Below, piece by piece: positions 35,201 through 48,333 of a stretch of DNA of 64,000 bases. The DNA comes from Macrostomum hystrix (taxonomy: Eukaryota > Animalia > Platyhelminthes). The notes beneath the pieces were generated by a model. The model saw nothing but the letters and a program-made list of their open reading frames with translations, had not been told where the DNA came from and did no database searches. Where the stretch lies: the NCBI GenBank assembly GCA_950097015.1, contig CATNEN010000037.1, positions 868,001-932,000 of the forward strand, given 5' to 3'. The translations under genes were made by a program, and so were the position numbers. The number at the start of each line of letters is the position of its first letter. Within the stretch, counting starts at the first letter, position 1.

Positions 35201-38200
35201 GTTTGCTGTTGGTAATCGTTAGCGAATCAATTTATTGTGCACTTTAATAAATCCATACGGCAACCATTTTCTCTAATTTACATTTTTACAGAATACAGAA
35301 ATGACACGCAACCAAATTGGCAGTTATACAGCTCGTAGCACTGCATCCAGGCTGTGTACAGCTTTTTAGTCCATGGACTGGTGGCCGGAAAAAGCAACAC
35401 ATACTTCTATTCTAGATGTATGCTTTGGATTTTACAGCTAGCTAAGTAAAACAGATAAAATCGAATCGAGTGCGAATTTAGTGAATTTCTCAAAGGCCAA
35501 GTGGTTAGAGCGTTAGACTCACGACTTGAAGGTCGGGGGTTCGATTCTCGAACTCTCGAACTCTGTTAAATGGTTACCAGCATTAGTTGGGGTAATTGAG
35601 GGTGGGTGCGGAGTTCCCCAGTCCAGTCCATGGACTGAACAGCCGTACGCAGAGATGCGCCGCGCAATAGCTGCGGCTGCGCTGTCGGCTGCACATCTGG
35701 CCCAATTGGGGCCAGAATTAAGTCTATTGCTCAAGGGTATAAATTCAAGCTGCCGACTTTTCGACTTGATTGCCAGGCAGAACAGAGGAAAAGCAACTTA
35801 CACAACAATGCCGTTAGAGTTGCGCTCTCCATTAGCTATCATGTGTTTCGGCTCAGATTTGATGGATCCCGTTAGGCTGTGATCGGTCAAATACGGAGTG
35901 GGCCTAAACGGCGTGTAGGGCAGAGACGCCTGATACTTGCTGCGCTCGCTCTCGGTTCGCTTCTCAACCTTCTCCCGATCGGTCTTGTGCTTACGATCGG
36001 CGCCTTTAGGCTTAAACACCTTGACCTGGGCGGCCACACTCTGCAGGTGCTCTCCGCTGGCGTTATCAAACGTGTCAACCTGCAAGCGGAACGGTATGCC
36101 CTTCTCTCCGCCGTGCTTCCTAGCCGTGAACTCCGTACTGATGCAGTGAAGCTTTACAAAGACACCGCAGTCCGAGGAGCTGTGACCGCCGCCACCACCA
36201 CCGCCGCTGCCGCCTCCGACGCCATCTCCGACGGAGTTGGCGGCGCCTCCGCCGCCGACACGCGAGCTGCCGCTGCCCTCCCAGACAACCTCAGCCATGT
36301 TGATGTGAGTTGGACTAATTTTAACGTCGCACAAATTATAGGACAGAGGTATGTCGATGTCCAGTATGCGCTCGCCAGGCCTACTCTGGCGCCAATAGTC
36401 CAGGTGCTCCTTCTCCATGAATTGCATTCGGCGCTCGTGGAAACTGATACGAAATACGCTCTGAAGTAGGGCGGATTTGGTCAACATTGCTTGGCTTCAT
36501 AACCAACTAACTGGAGATCTTATTTGAGTCCTTTGTATGGGGCTACTCTTGGTCTGCTGTGTGTTCAACACTTTAGTAAATATGCCTGCCGTTGGCGAAT
36601 TCGTAAGTTACCTTTTGACTAATTTGTCGACAGTCAATTCTTTAGCATACCAGCAGCCAATTCCTAGGCTTGTCAGCAGCCAATTTCTAGGCATGTCAGT
36701 AGCCAATTCCTAGGCATGTCAGTAGCCAATTCCTAGGCATGTCAGTAGCCAATTCCTAGGCATGTCAGCAGCCAATTCCTAGGCATGTCAGTAGCCAATT
36801 TCTAGGCATGTCAGTAGCCAATTCCTAGGCTTGTCAGCAGCCAATTCCTAGGCATGTCAGTAGTCAATTCCTAGGCATGTCAGTAGTCAATTCCTAGGCA
36901 TGTCAGTAGCCAATTCCTAGGCATGTCAGTAGCCAATTCCTAGGCATGTCAGTAGCCAATTCCTAGGCATGTCAGTAGTCAATTCCTAGGCATGTCGGTA
37001 GCCAATTCCCTAAACCTGTCAGATGTCAATTCTTTAAGCCGTTCAGTAGTCGATTCCCTAAACATGTCAGTTGTCAATTCCCTAAACCTGCCATTCGAAT
37101 TCTAAGCTTGATTGCAGGAACTCTTTAAGCTTGTAAGTAGCCAATTACTTGTTACGTCAGGGGATAATTACTAAAGCCTGTTACCTGTAATTAAAATCTT
37201 GATCACCGAATACACGCTCGAAACACTATTCTTTCTTCCCCTTTAGAGTGTGAAGCAACGTTTAGTAGTATAATCGATGCGTCACTTTGTACAGACTAAT
37301 GTGAGACCAAGACTAAGCTTATGAAACAGGCACCTGGAAACACGCCTCATTGTATTGTTAATAACAATAGACAGACGGAAATATCAAAATGAGATACTGT
37401 ACGGCGGCTTGTTTCTTAACTAAAAAGTTTGCAGTCTTTTTGACGCAGAAAAATTTAGTGCTCCGTTTCAGCTGTAAAATAGGAGCACGCGGCTGTAGCG
37501 TGACGCCTCTAATTTAACTGGCCAATAGAGAGCGACCGAGGCGGCACAGGCAAGCCTGGGCTAGACTTCATTACAGGTGCCGCGTAGATTAACAAAAGAC
37601 CAGAAAAAATACTGCTGAAATATGAGACGTCTCAGACAAAGAAATAATAGAAGACGAAAGAAGTTAGGAAGAGGGCTTACATTGCGGCCAATTGAATCAC
37701 CTGACTAAAAACGCAACTATAAAAACATGACAAATAAGAATGAGAATAAGATGGTCTTACCCTGAATAGTCTCGGCTTGTCAGCGTTTCCATAGAACGAT
37801 AGTTTCACTTCGTATGGGTGGCCTGGAAGTGAGCACAAAGTAGCTACTGTACTGACGGCAAATGCACAATAGGCTTGTCTAACACGCATAACGTACAGAC
37901 TTGGTATTCGGAGGAATACCACTTACTTTAGATTTAAATTAACTGATTTAGGACCACAACTGAGACAGAGAACTGGACCGGGACAAGAATTAGGACCACA
38001 ACTGAGACAGAGAACTGGACCGGGACAAGAATTAGGACCACAACTGAGACAGAGAACTGGACCGGGACAAGAATTAGGACCACATCTGAGATAGAAAACT
38101 GGACCAGGACAAGAATTAGGACCACAACTGAGACACAGAACTGGACCAGGACAAGAATTAGGACCACAACTGAGACACAGAACTGGACCAGGACAAGAAC

Positions 38201-40439
38201 TAGGACCACAATTGAGACTGAGAACTGGACAAGGACAAGAACTAGGACCACAATTGAGACAGAGAACTGGACCAGGACAAGAATTAGGACCACAACTGAG
38301 ACACAGAACTGGACCAGGACAAGAACTAGGACCACAACTGAGACTGAGAACTGGACAAGGACAAGAACTAGGACCACAATTGAGACTGAGAACTGGACAA
38401 GGACAAGAACTAGGACCACAACTGAGACTGAGAACTGGACAAGGACAAGAACTAGGACCACAATTGAGACTGAGAACTGGACAAGGACAAGAACTAGGAC
38501 CACAATTGAGACAGAGAACTGGACTGGGACAAGAATTAGGACCACAACTGAGACTGAGAACTGGACCAGGACAAGAACTAGGACCACAACTGAGACTGAG
38601 AACTGGACCAGGACAAGAACTAGGACCACAATTGAGACAGAGAACTGGACTGGGACAAGAATTAGGACCACAACTGAGACTGAGAACTGGACCAGGACAA
38701 GAATTAGGACCACAACTGAGACTGAGAACTGGACCAGGACAAGAACTAGGACCACAATTGAGACAGAGAACTGGACTGGGACAAGAATTAGGACCACAAC
38801 TGAGACAGAGAACTGGACCTGGACAAGAAGTGGGGCCTAGAACAGAACTAAAATAAGACTAGAACCAGGACTTAAATGAATGGTCCTAAGCTCTTAAGTG
38901 AAAAATTGCCATCGCGAAAAGATTAATTGTGGTGCGAATTCTGAGAAGGACAGCTTCGTAAAAAATCGGCTAAATCCGCTTTTGAGATTCACTCTGAGAA
39001 TTATTTTAGAAACTGAGCAATTATGGACTACCGAGTACAGGCCCCATTTACTATAGAATAGCTGGAGGGGTTAAATATTGAAATTGAAGCGACCCACAGA
39101 AGAGAGAAGGGAAAGAAAAAACGAATGCTCAGAAGAAGTTGAGATCAGAATAGATGACCTACAGAACACATTTTGTAAACTGAAATATTTTCTCTAACTG
39201 TTCTAATGGCGTTACAACTGACCACAAAAGCGTACGGAGTCAGGGAAAGCACCAAGCAACGTTCATTCTTAACGCCTTCAAAGACTACACAGTGGCTTAT
39301 TTTTAGACAAAAAATAGCCAGGCGTCATGAAAACCTCTTAGTCCAACGTAATAGCCATTACTAATAGCTTCGGAAATTATTCATACATATTTTAGTACAT
39401 ATGTCTTTATACGAGCTACATATAACATATACATATTCCTTCCTAGCCTAATCTTCAATGAGATACCTGTTCTTTCCTTGCCTAATCTACAATGAGATAC
39501 CTGTTCTTTCCTTGCCTAACCTTCAATGAGATACCTGTTCTTTCCTTGCCTAATCTACAATGAGATATCTGTTTTTTCCTTGCCTAACCTTCAATGAGAT
39601 ACCTGTTCTTTCCTTGCCTAACCTTCAATGAGATACCTGTTCTTTCCTTGCCTAATCTACAATGAGATACCTGTTCTTTCCTTGCCTAATCTACAATGAG
39701 ATACCTGTTCTTTCCTTGCCTAACCTTTAATGAGATACCTGTTCTTTCCTTGCCTAACCTTCAATGAGATACCTGTTCTTTCCTTGCCTAATCTACAATG
39801 AGATACCTGTTCTTTCCTTGCCTAATCTACAATGAGATACCTGTTCTTTCCAAGCCTAATCTTCAATTAGATACCTGTTCTTTCCTTGCCTAATCTACAA
39901 TGAGATACCTGTTCTTTCCTTGCCTAATCTAAAATGAGATACCTGTTCTTTCCTTGCCTAATCTACAATGAGATACCTGTTCTTTCCTTGCCTAATCTAC
40001 AATGAGATACCTGTTCTTTCCAAGCCTAATCTTCAATTAGATACCTGTTCTTTCCTTGCTTAATATCAATGGAGCAACAAAAGTGCTCACCCTGATTTAG
40101 GTAGGTAAGCGGCTCCTCGTTCACTTTAATTGCCGGCGAGGTGCATGCTGACAGGCTGATGTTGAACTTGCCACCGCTAACCGCAGCCCCGCTAAGCAAC
40201 GGAGGCGGCGGCAGCTGCTGAGTTTGTTGCGCGACCGCTGGTTTGTCCATATTAACAGAGAAGCTAGAAGACTCTCCGGTGGCCTCTTCAGCAGTCATGA
40301 ACTTGCCGGGAGACAGCGACATGATGGCCTCTGACATGTTGAATGTGGTCGATGTAAGGTCGACGCCAAGGCCAGATAGGGAGCCTTCAAAATTCGCCGC
40401 CAGACCGTGTTCAATATCATCCATTTGCCACTCGCTCAT
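32261..40439 (-). CDS. TFCP2: CP2/LSF-family transcription factor (TFCP2/UBP1/gemini-like), ~587 aa
   Basis: Exons 40439-40091, 37822-37761, 36460-35802, 35205-34784, 33982-33840, 32389-32261 total 1764 nt in phase. Motifs: DIEHGLAANFEGSLSGLG, SPAIKVNEEPLTYLNQG, HCISTEFTARKHGGEKGIPFRLQVDTF, KVFKPKGADRKHKTDREK, a SAM-like domain (FNGADLLRLSRADLIEICG, LSF rather than Grainyhead subfamily), and C-terminal GPGGIPVCISDE|MV. The start Met is uncertain because the frame is open up to an acceptor at 40541. Confidence 0.92.
32395..33830. repeat. ~30-bp minisatellite (GAGATAGTGGAGCAGAGATGAAGGGAGGGT, with 25/31-bp variants), intronic
   Basis: Fills the GC-AG intron 32390-33839. Confidence 0.93.
34047..34775. 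repeat. 31-bp minisatellite x~23, intronic
   Basis: ATCAGCTGATTGTGGCAGGGAGGCACAGTAT in intron 33983-34783; starts a few nt from the donor. Confidence 0.93.
35330..35390 (-). mobile_element. Truncated SINE family 1 fragment, inverted relative to the adjacent copy
   Basis: Reverse complement reads CACCAGTCCATGGACTAAAAAGCTGTACACAGCCTGGATGC, matching the family body (CACCAGTCCATGGACTGAACAGCCGTACGCAGCC). Confidence 0.6.
35495..35700 (+). mobile_element. tRNA-derived SINE, family 1 (copy in a TFCP2 intron)
   Basis: A-box-like GCCAAGTGGTTAGAGCG, B-box GGTTCGATTC at 35538-35547, body containing CAGTCCATGGACTG at 35624-35637. Homologous to the copies at 46.2-46.5 kb and 48.1-48.3 kb. Confidence 0.75.
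36650..37005. repeat. 23-bp minisatellite (AGCCAATTCCTAGGCATGTCAGT) x~15, intronic
   Basis: Intron 36461-37760. Confidence 0.9.
37948..38830. repeat. 42-bp minisatellite x~21, intronic
   Basis: TAGGACCACAACTGAGACAGAGAACTGGACCGGGACAAGAAT in intron 37823-40090. Confidence 0.92.
39445..40065. repeat. 34-bp minisatellite x~18, intronic
   Basis: CCTAATCTACAATGAGATACCTGTTCTTTCCTTG; second array in intron 37823-40090. Confidence 0.92.
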
Positions 40440-41671
40440 GGCCTGCTGCTGCTGCTGCTGCGGCTGCTTGGCGCCAAGATGTCGCGCGCCGTTAAATGCC
40501 AACTGTTGGTGCTTGGGATTAGCCAGGCTAATTCGCTGCAACTAAATCGGCAGCAAAATATTAGTGACTATAGGGTGCGCAAGGACAAAGTTAATCAAAC
40601 AGAAAACTTATAATTGGACTGCGGGACTAAAGATGGTCATTGCACATTGACGTCAATCATAGAACGCCCGACACACTCAGATTAGTTCAGTATTTCAACA
40701 AAACCTTATAAAAAAGCAGAGCTATTTGAAGTTGATCGAGATAGTAAAAAGTAAATTCTTGAGCATGCGATAATATGGGAGATTTTTTTGCAATTCGCTA
40801 GAACTATTCCTAATCTATAAAAATAACTGATCGATAGTGCTCAATAAGCTCTTGGAATGTCCTTCGCACTAAAGAAAAACTGGCGCGAACTGGCACACAT
40901 AGTGACACCACGAAGTGTGGGCGACAGTGTGGCTATTTTCTATTTATATTTTGCTTCACTTCCACTTGACAAGCGTACATATGTAAATAAATATTTCTAA
41001 CAAGTACAAAAGTCTTTAATGAAGCACTTGTTCGTTTGGTCAGACAGAAACGTAGCTCTAGCGAAATTATCTTCAAATAGGTGTGCAAAAATACTAATCT
41101 AGAACACCCGGACCACATTAGAAGTACTTTTCCCACGTAAAAACACCATAAATTGCATGAGAGCATAGACTGGAACTTTAGTCTACTTCTTCGAGATTAA
41201 TTGGCTGCTATAGGGTACAACAAGCTCTGTGTCTGATGCCCTGCTTGCTAAACAACTGGATGGACTTCAGAGCTAGGGAGAAAAGTGTCTTCCTAAATGA
41301 CACATTGTTTCCTTTGGGCTGACACTGGAAATTTAGAGTTCTAAAGCACCACTTGCTGACCAGAATTAACACTAAGTTGGTATCTAGTACGCTAGTTGAG
41401 CTAGTACACTACCAATTCAATGTACAAATACAGTCAATGAGACTGACTATAAAACTGTACAAGTACTATAATAGGAAATGCATATCCAAGTAAATACAAA
41501 TAGTTTATTAAACCTAGCTTTTATTTCTATGGCAATATACTTGAAAATATAGTTTAATTGATTGCTCCATATCATCTAGTCATACTAAATTAGTATGACT
41601 AAATTTATAACTTTGGGCTCTGCTCATAATTGGCTGTCATTTGTATGATCTTTCAAAAGTCACTGTTTATT

Positions 41672-41875
41672 GGATATCATTGGCAGGAGGGATGTGGGCA
41701 CTGACACATCATTTGATGATAGTGGACCAGAACCTGCAGTTAGCAACAAGACAATTCTGAATCCTGAGCACACATGCACACAGATACCATACGCAAGGAC
41801 ACACACAGGTGTATACATCTCCTTTGACTTTCTCATCCTCAGGCAGTGTACACACTCACTGTGCATTGGAGAAAG
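41672..41875 (-). mobile_element. Degenerate 5'-truncated copy of SINE family 2
   Basis: Reverse complement contains GTGTACACTG..GATGAGAAAG..GATGTATACACCTGTGTG..CTCAGGA..CATCAAATGATGTGTCAGTGCCCACATCCCTCCTG, colinear with 50050-50250. Confidence 0.65.
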
Positions 41876-42699
41876 CTATCCTTTTACTAAAACCTTTTTA
41901 ATACGTAACAGCAGACAAAGTTTTCACTTGCCATTCTAAATAGTGCCACAATAGTGATATACAAATTAAGATGTATTGTAACTCTAACTGTTTAACCAAA
42001 TGTCTTTCTCTATTTAGACATTTACACTGTTTTGTTAATGCCATGATATACATTAAGCAGGATTTAAGGCTCAGTTCAACAGTGATTTTAAAATAAAATA
42101 CCTGATGCAGTAATGGCTATATATACACTTATATTTTAGTTTCATTGTCATATACCAATAGGTCCAGGTTCTGTTTCTTATTTCTGTTAAAATTCAAGCT
42201 TATGCACTTTTGATTTTTAGAACACTCAGATTAAAATATTTTAAATATTTAAAAATATTTTAAATTAAAAATTTAAAGTAAACAGTTTGATTTATAACTA
42301 AACATGTAAGAAGTATAAAAACATTTGTTTTTTATATAAAATACTAGCATAAGTAAAGTTCCATATGTTAAAATATATTTTAAATAAAAAACTAATTAAA
42401 GACTAGTTTCAAGAAAGAATATGTACCCTTAAGAGATCATTATTCTAAAGAGGGCTGCTAGATGTCAATCTTTGTTATACTATGCTTGATGCATTTAAAG
42501 ATGCCAGATGTGTGTTCTATGGCAAAACTTATATTTTCAGTGCAGAAAAGGGTGCAAGCTACACAAGCTATAGTTTATGACAAAACATTATATTATTTAT
42601 TCTAGCAAGTAGATGGGATGGAAGTTGCATGTAGACCAATGCAACTTTGTCTGAGAAATTTTTAGTAGCAAATTTTAGGGACAATTATAGCTTGAAAAA

Positions 42700-43570
42700 A
42701 CTCTAGCTTTAACATAAATTATCCCATAAGCAGATGTTTGTCCAAGTGTAGATTTCCAACTGATGGAATTGAACCATCAAGACATAGCAACAATTACAGC
42801 TGACACCATGGTGACAATGTGCTGGTTGGCTACATACCACTAAATAGCAATGAGAGGCAGTGCAATAGTGTTGTTAGCCTAGCTAGTGATGGTATCATGG
42901 CAATGAAGCTTCAGCATTGTGCTAGCAAACATGTCATTGATAGTTGTGTGTGGTCTTGCAACTCCATGGGCAGGAGTCTATCCTCAAATGGAACTTCTTT
43001 TAAGGGAGTGATCTATAGCTGGTGCAAAAGGTAGACTTCATCTACCTGTGGTCAACAAAAACAATTCTGAAGGACACCCAGCATGACTACAACATTGGCT
43101 GCAACAACACGACAACCATTGATTAGGCCAACTTCAGTAGTAATATCTATGCTCATGTCCTCATAGACAATCTAATATAGCTTGGTGGGCCTAACAGACA
43201 GGTTGAGGTGGACAAAAGCAAGTTCTTTCACTAGAAATAATATGTTGGTACATATCATGAAGGCCACTTGGTGGTTGATTTGGTAGAGAGGAATTTGACC
43301 ATGTGCATGATGGTAGTTGTGCCCAACCAGTATGTAGAGATGCTCTTGTGCATCTTAAAATATTCAGTTCAGCACATGCATTATCACTGATAGCAGACAT
43401 ACCAGCCATGCCAGTGCTCTGTAGGCACAGCATTCAGTCTTTATCAATTGCATAAACTTTGTGTACCCAGCCAACCCAAGAGTGCACATGAACTTCATTA
43501 AGGGCACCTTGGCACACTGCAAATCGAAGCTGAAGGCCATATACAGCATATTATATACTCTCTCTAAGAC
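42700..43570 (+). pseudogene. Degenerate Merlin/ISXO2-like (IS1595-related) DDE transposase
   Basis: 43202ff translates to VEVDKSKFFH*K*YVGTYHEGHLVVDLVER (compare VEIDESKF..RKY.RG..GHWVFGGIER). Further on are IITDS and NFVYPANPRVHMNFIKGTLAHCKSKLK (compare NFVDP..VHTNTIEG.W). Contains stops and frameshifts. Recognised by eye. Confidence 0.65.
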
Positions 43571-46199
43571 TCAACTCTATTCTCCAAGAGCTTTTATGAT
43601 TGAGAGTGCACCTAATTTATGATTTGGGTACTTTCAATACTGGGTAGCCCACTACTATCCAGTCTATATTAGACAGGCCATACAATTGTCCACTGATGCC
43701 ATTGTTTCATTTTATTGTTTCTCTTTAGCTATTTCATCAGTTCAAAATAAAAAAACTGTAGCTTGCTAAATATTAGTCATAGAATTGAACTTTTTAAAAA
43801 AAATAGCCTAATCTAACAAATGGAACTATACTCAAGTTTATATATAACTAGATTAGATCATATCATTTGTTACCAAAGCAGTTGTTAGCTAAAGTGGACT
43901 GTTAATAATATATAGCTATGGACCTAATTTATAACTATATTATAAGTAGATAAGTTTAGTTACAAAGGGATTAGATTATGAAGTAATGCCAAACACTCAA
44001 GCTTAAATATGTTCAGCAATGTCAAAGGAAGAGCTATTATACAGGTTGACTTTTGGGGACAAGTTGACAAGTTGAGACTCAATTCCTATAGAATTACTCT
44101 TTAATTATATATGATTTGCTATGTCCAATATGTCCAGTCCTTAAAGGCTTCCAGTCGATTGGAGGTTTAAAAATCAAACACAATGTATTTTATCTTACTT
44201 ATTTATTACTTCATCCCTTCAACCAAATCTTACTTTCTGTATTATATTTCAGCCAATCAGCTATCACTTTTATAACCAAATTACTGACACAAGCACTGTA
44301 TATTTAAAATGAAAGAACATTTCTAATATTACATATAACTTTCTCAAAATTCTGACTTAGGGACCATTAAATTTTGCTTAAAAAAACTATTGTATTTATA
44401 GTAAAATTGAAGTTAGCATAAGGATTTTAAAAAATAGTGAACTTTAACAAAATAGTAAATTTGCATATTTCTTAGCATTAATTTGCAAATGACATAGGAA
44501 AAATGTTAGTCACAAAGATAAATAGCTAATAATACTGTAAATGCTAATAGAAAAGTTAACACTATTACAACAGTAAGATGTCAGGAAAAAGCTAGGTATT
44601 ATTGACAGAAATTGATAAAGCACCAAACATAATAAGCTTACTTTTTTACTTTTAGGCCTGCTTATATTTTTTAAGAAAACTATTACCTATTTGGCTATTT
44701 TTATTGAACTCTGAACCTATTTACTCGCACTAAGTGTAAATGTAAAGTTTAAAGTTCTAAAAGCTTAAGTAAAAATTAGTTTACTTAAAATAAAAACTTC
44801 AGTAAATATTTTATTTTGCTTCAGAAGCAGCAAGAGATTCAGAGATTACAAACTACAAAAGGATAATTTATAGGAACTGGCAAGGCTAAGTTATAACTCA
44901 CAAAAAAGGCTAGATAAAATTGAAATATATGCCGTTTTGTAGTTTTCTTTACCTTAAAATATTAATACATACATTATTTATAGCTAAATCAACTGCAGAA
45001 TATATACTTCTCGTATTATATGCAAACATACACCTTTGACATTAAATGTCCACCGGACGCTAAATGCGGATAGGACGTCGTGACCTTTAACACATACCAT
45101 TTAAACATGAGAGAATTCACAAAAGTACATAATAAAACAATTTTTTTAATTTAAAATACTTATAGGCCTGAACGAAAACTATAAAAATAACTTAACTAAA
45201 ACGATTTTACAAGTGAATTTCTAGAAAGGTTTTTTAATTAAGCTGTACAATCAAAGGCTTCAAAAAAACGCAGAGCGCCAGTAGTCATGCTAAGGCTACT
45301 GGAGTGAATTGGCCTTGTGAATTAGAAGCTTAGTGAATTTTCAATTCTTACTACTTTACCTCAGAATATTATTTTCTATGTGGTAAACACATTTGATATA
45401 TTTGCCCAAAATTGCAACGACTGACATAATACAGCATATACAAAATTCGTCAGAAAGCAAAACTACCGACGAATTTCTGATGAACTAAATGTACTCAGTT
45501 CTATAATTGAACAGAGGAAAATTCTTATAGAAAATCATGACATAGCTAAAGGAGTGGACTTTGTTTACGCCATTAGTAAATGTAATTAATTTCATTCTAA
45601 AATTATATATAGTCATATTCAAGGAGACACACTATTATTATACTTGCCTAGATTTATAGTTTATTATGTTCACCAATATATACTCCGTAAGGCGTGTACA
45701 ATGTACGGTTTTACTGAACTGTAGATTTTCATATAATACAACCATTCGTTGCTTCAAATACATTGCTCATCTAAATACATACATACATACACTAGCTAGC
45801 TATAATGTTATAGTGTTACCAAATTTTATAGAGCGCTCCAGAAAATTGATTTGTGCCATTGAGCGAATAAATCTAATTATAGCTAGAGGTCTCTTAATTG
45901 TTTTTAGAAATGTATATATTTCTTTTAAAAAACCATGATCTAATAGGAGCTGCATGCAGTACAGCAAAGTTTATTTAATAAATATTGTACTGCGGATCGA
46001 GCTGGCCGTAGTCCAGGTTGGTTATAAAAAGCTCATTCACAGCAATTGCTGGGCCATCAAACGAGGCCAAAAGCATGATAGTACATTATTTATGACCAAA
46101 AATGTAATCATAAAAAACGAGTCATTTGATAGCAGTGTGAACAAACCTTAAGAGCTTCAGACGTCTGACCGATAATAATCACCTGCCCCCACTGCAGGC

Positions 46200-46477
46200 G
46201 ACACATGCAGCCGCGGACAGCACAGCTGCAGCGCTAATTGCGCGACGCATCTGAAGGTTGTGTACGTCTGTTCAGTCCATGGACTGGGGGAAGCCACGTC
46301 CGCCGGCCTTAATTACTAATTCAGGTACTCGTTTAACAGCTTGAACTGAAGAAAAGCAGAATTAAATGTTAAAGGACACATATTACTCCAGTGGAGTCGC
46401 GGGAATCGAACCCCCGACCTTAAAGCCGTACGTGAGTCCCCTGCAGCTTTAAAACCTAGGCTACAACCACTAGGCCT
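46200..46477 (-). mobile_element. tRNA-derived SINE, family 1
   Basis: B-box at 46403-46412 (minus GGTTCGATTC); palindrome at 46273-46286; shared downstream body (CTTCAGATGCG..GCGC). Confidence 0.75.
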
Positions 46478-47197
46478 CAAGTTCACTACTCAAGTTGTCC
46501 ATCAAAACGAGTACATCAACTGTCTGGGGTACATATAGTGTTCCTGCGTTAGACCTTTACTGCTCCTTTGACACGGATTCGCATCATGCGCCACTCGCAT
46601 CATGCATGGTTCGAGTTTGGATCGGCACTTGACACTAGAGATAATATATGATGAAATAAGGCAAGGCTAAGTATGAGGGATCTTAGAGCAGTGATCGCTG
46701 CAGCCTTAATATAGGCTCTGATTGGACCAACGAGTTAGCATCCAATGGACAACAGCTGGATAATACGACGTATTAAATAATGTCATCGCCGAATCTTGAG
46801 CCAAAATGATTGATTCAACAAAACCAAAAACAAGCGATTTTATGAACCAATAAATCAATTATCAGTGTGAGAGTCAGTTATTAATCAAATTATTCTACAC
46901 TCAACAGGTAAGAGAGGCCAGTTAAAATAACTGTCAACTTATCACCTAAAATAATCATGCATGATCGCGGTTCCAGCTATTTTAAGCTGCACACGTGGTA
47001 TCTTCACTGAATAGTTTAGAAGGTGCAAAATACGAGCAACATAGTAACAAATTGTCTTTTTGGCGCAGTCTACAAGGGAGCAAGTAATTTTACTGTTTAG
47101 ATAAAGGAAATTAACACATCCCATTTTAAGCATTGAAACATCTGACCTTTAGTTTCTACTCGTATTTGTCTAACAGATCGGCGAAACCAAATATAAA

Positions 47198-47394
47198 AGG
47201 GTGTACCAAAAGTATGCGGCACCTGTGCACGCACTTTTGATGCTGCTCGCAAGTGGTTGAAGATTGTAAAACGGTTCACATAAAAAATTTTTTGTCCACT
47301 TTTATCTATTATTTAACTCTACACTCGTGAATATTGATCAAGGCATTATTGCAGAGCTATGTCAGAAATTACGGGAAATTTTGAGACACCCCTG
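47198..47394. mobile_element. Possible Tc1/mariner-type MITE (~200 bp)
   Basis: Imperfect inverted ends AGGGTGTACCAAAAGT (47198-47213) and AATTTTGAGACACCCCTG (47377-47394), with TA dinucleotides nearby. Confidence 0.35.
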
Positions 47395-48084
47395 GTACAA
47401 TTAAATTAATAGGAGTAACCTGGATAATAATCCAGCAATACTCCTTATTAATCATTCGATAAATCACCAAATGATAAGTATAATTTGAAAATTACACAAC
47501 ATTCTCGATAAAGATCACCAAAGAGCTCTTAAAATTCAATTTAATTAAGAAGAATAACAAAAAGTTATAGAAGCATCTATGCGCATCTTATCATTAGCAA
47601 TTATTTCTAATAAACTGACACGGCTCTCATGACTCGCTTTCAAAATGGACAGAGCGGAGACCCGGATAGAAAATTTGATCAAGCAAGAAGCTGAATGCGA
47701 ATAGAGGTACTCCAAGCCGTTAATTTGGTGGCCGAAATCATCGCTTCGCATGCACTCTTTGTATATAAAGTATAATGTACCAAGGAATTTTTCCAATGTC
47801 GCCATTTGTCTTATTAGCCTAGACTGTATGATCTCTCAAAGCTGCAGAAGTATTTGATGAATCTCATATTTTCTTTAAATGCAATCCTGCAGGATCTACA
47901 ATATCTTTCTATCGTGTCTTATCTCTCCTGTCTGTCTTTATTGATATTTCATATCTCCTCTCTCGCGTATCTTATCTCTCCCGTATCTCATCTCGCTTAT
48001 TATCTGATCTCCCCCGTATCATATTTCTCCTGTGGCTTGTCAGCCTTGTCCGACAACGCCCCTTTAAATTCTGGGTTGAAACCC

Positions 48085-48333
48085 GCGAGCCGCAACTATT
48101 TAGCAGCGCATCTGAAGGCTGCGTACGGCTGTTCAGTCCATGGACTGGTGGGATGCCACATTACCGGCCTTAATTAAGGCAGCTAATGCTGATACCCATT
48201 TGAGCAGCATATTTGTACAGCTTGAACCTAGCGATGCAGAGTTAAGTGTCTAAGGACACAAATTGCCCATGTGGAGTCGCGGGAATCGAACCCCAAACTT
48301 CAAATCATGAGTCCGACGCTCTAACCACTTTAT
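48085..48333 (-). mobile_element. tRNA-derived SINE, family 1
   Basis: Head AGTGGTTAGAGCGTCGGACTCATGATTTGAAG..GGGTTCGATTCCC, CORE-like TTGTGTCCTTAGACACTTAACTCT, palindrome at 48134-48147. Confidence 0.75.
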
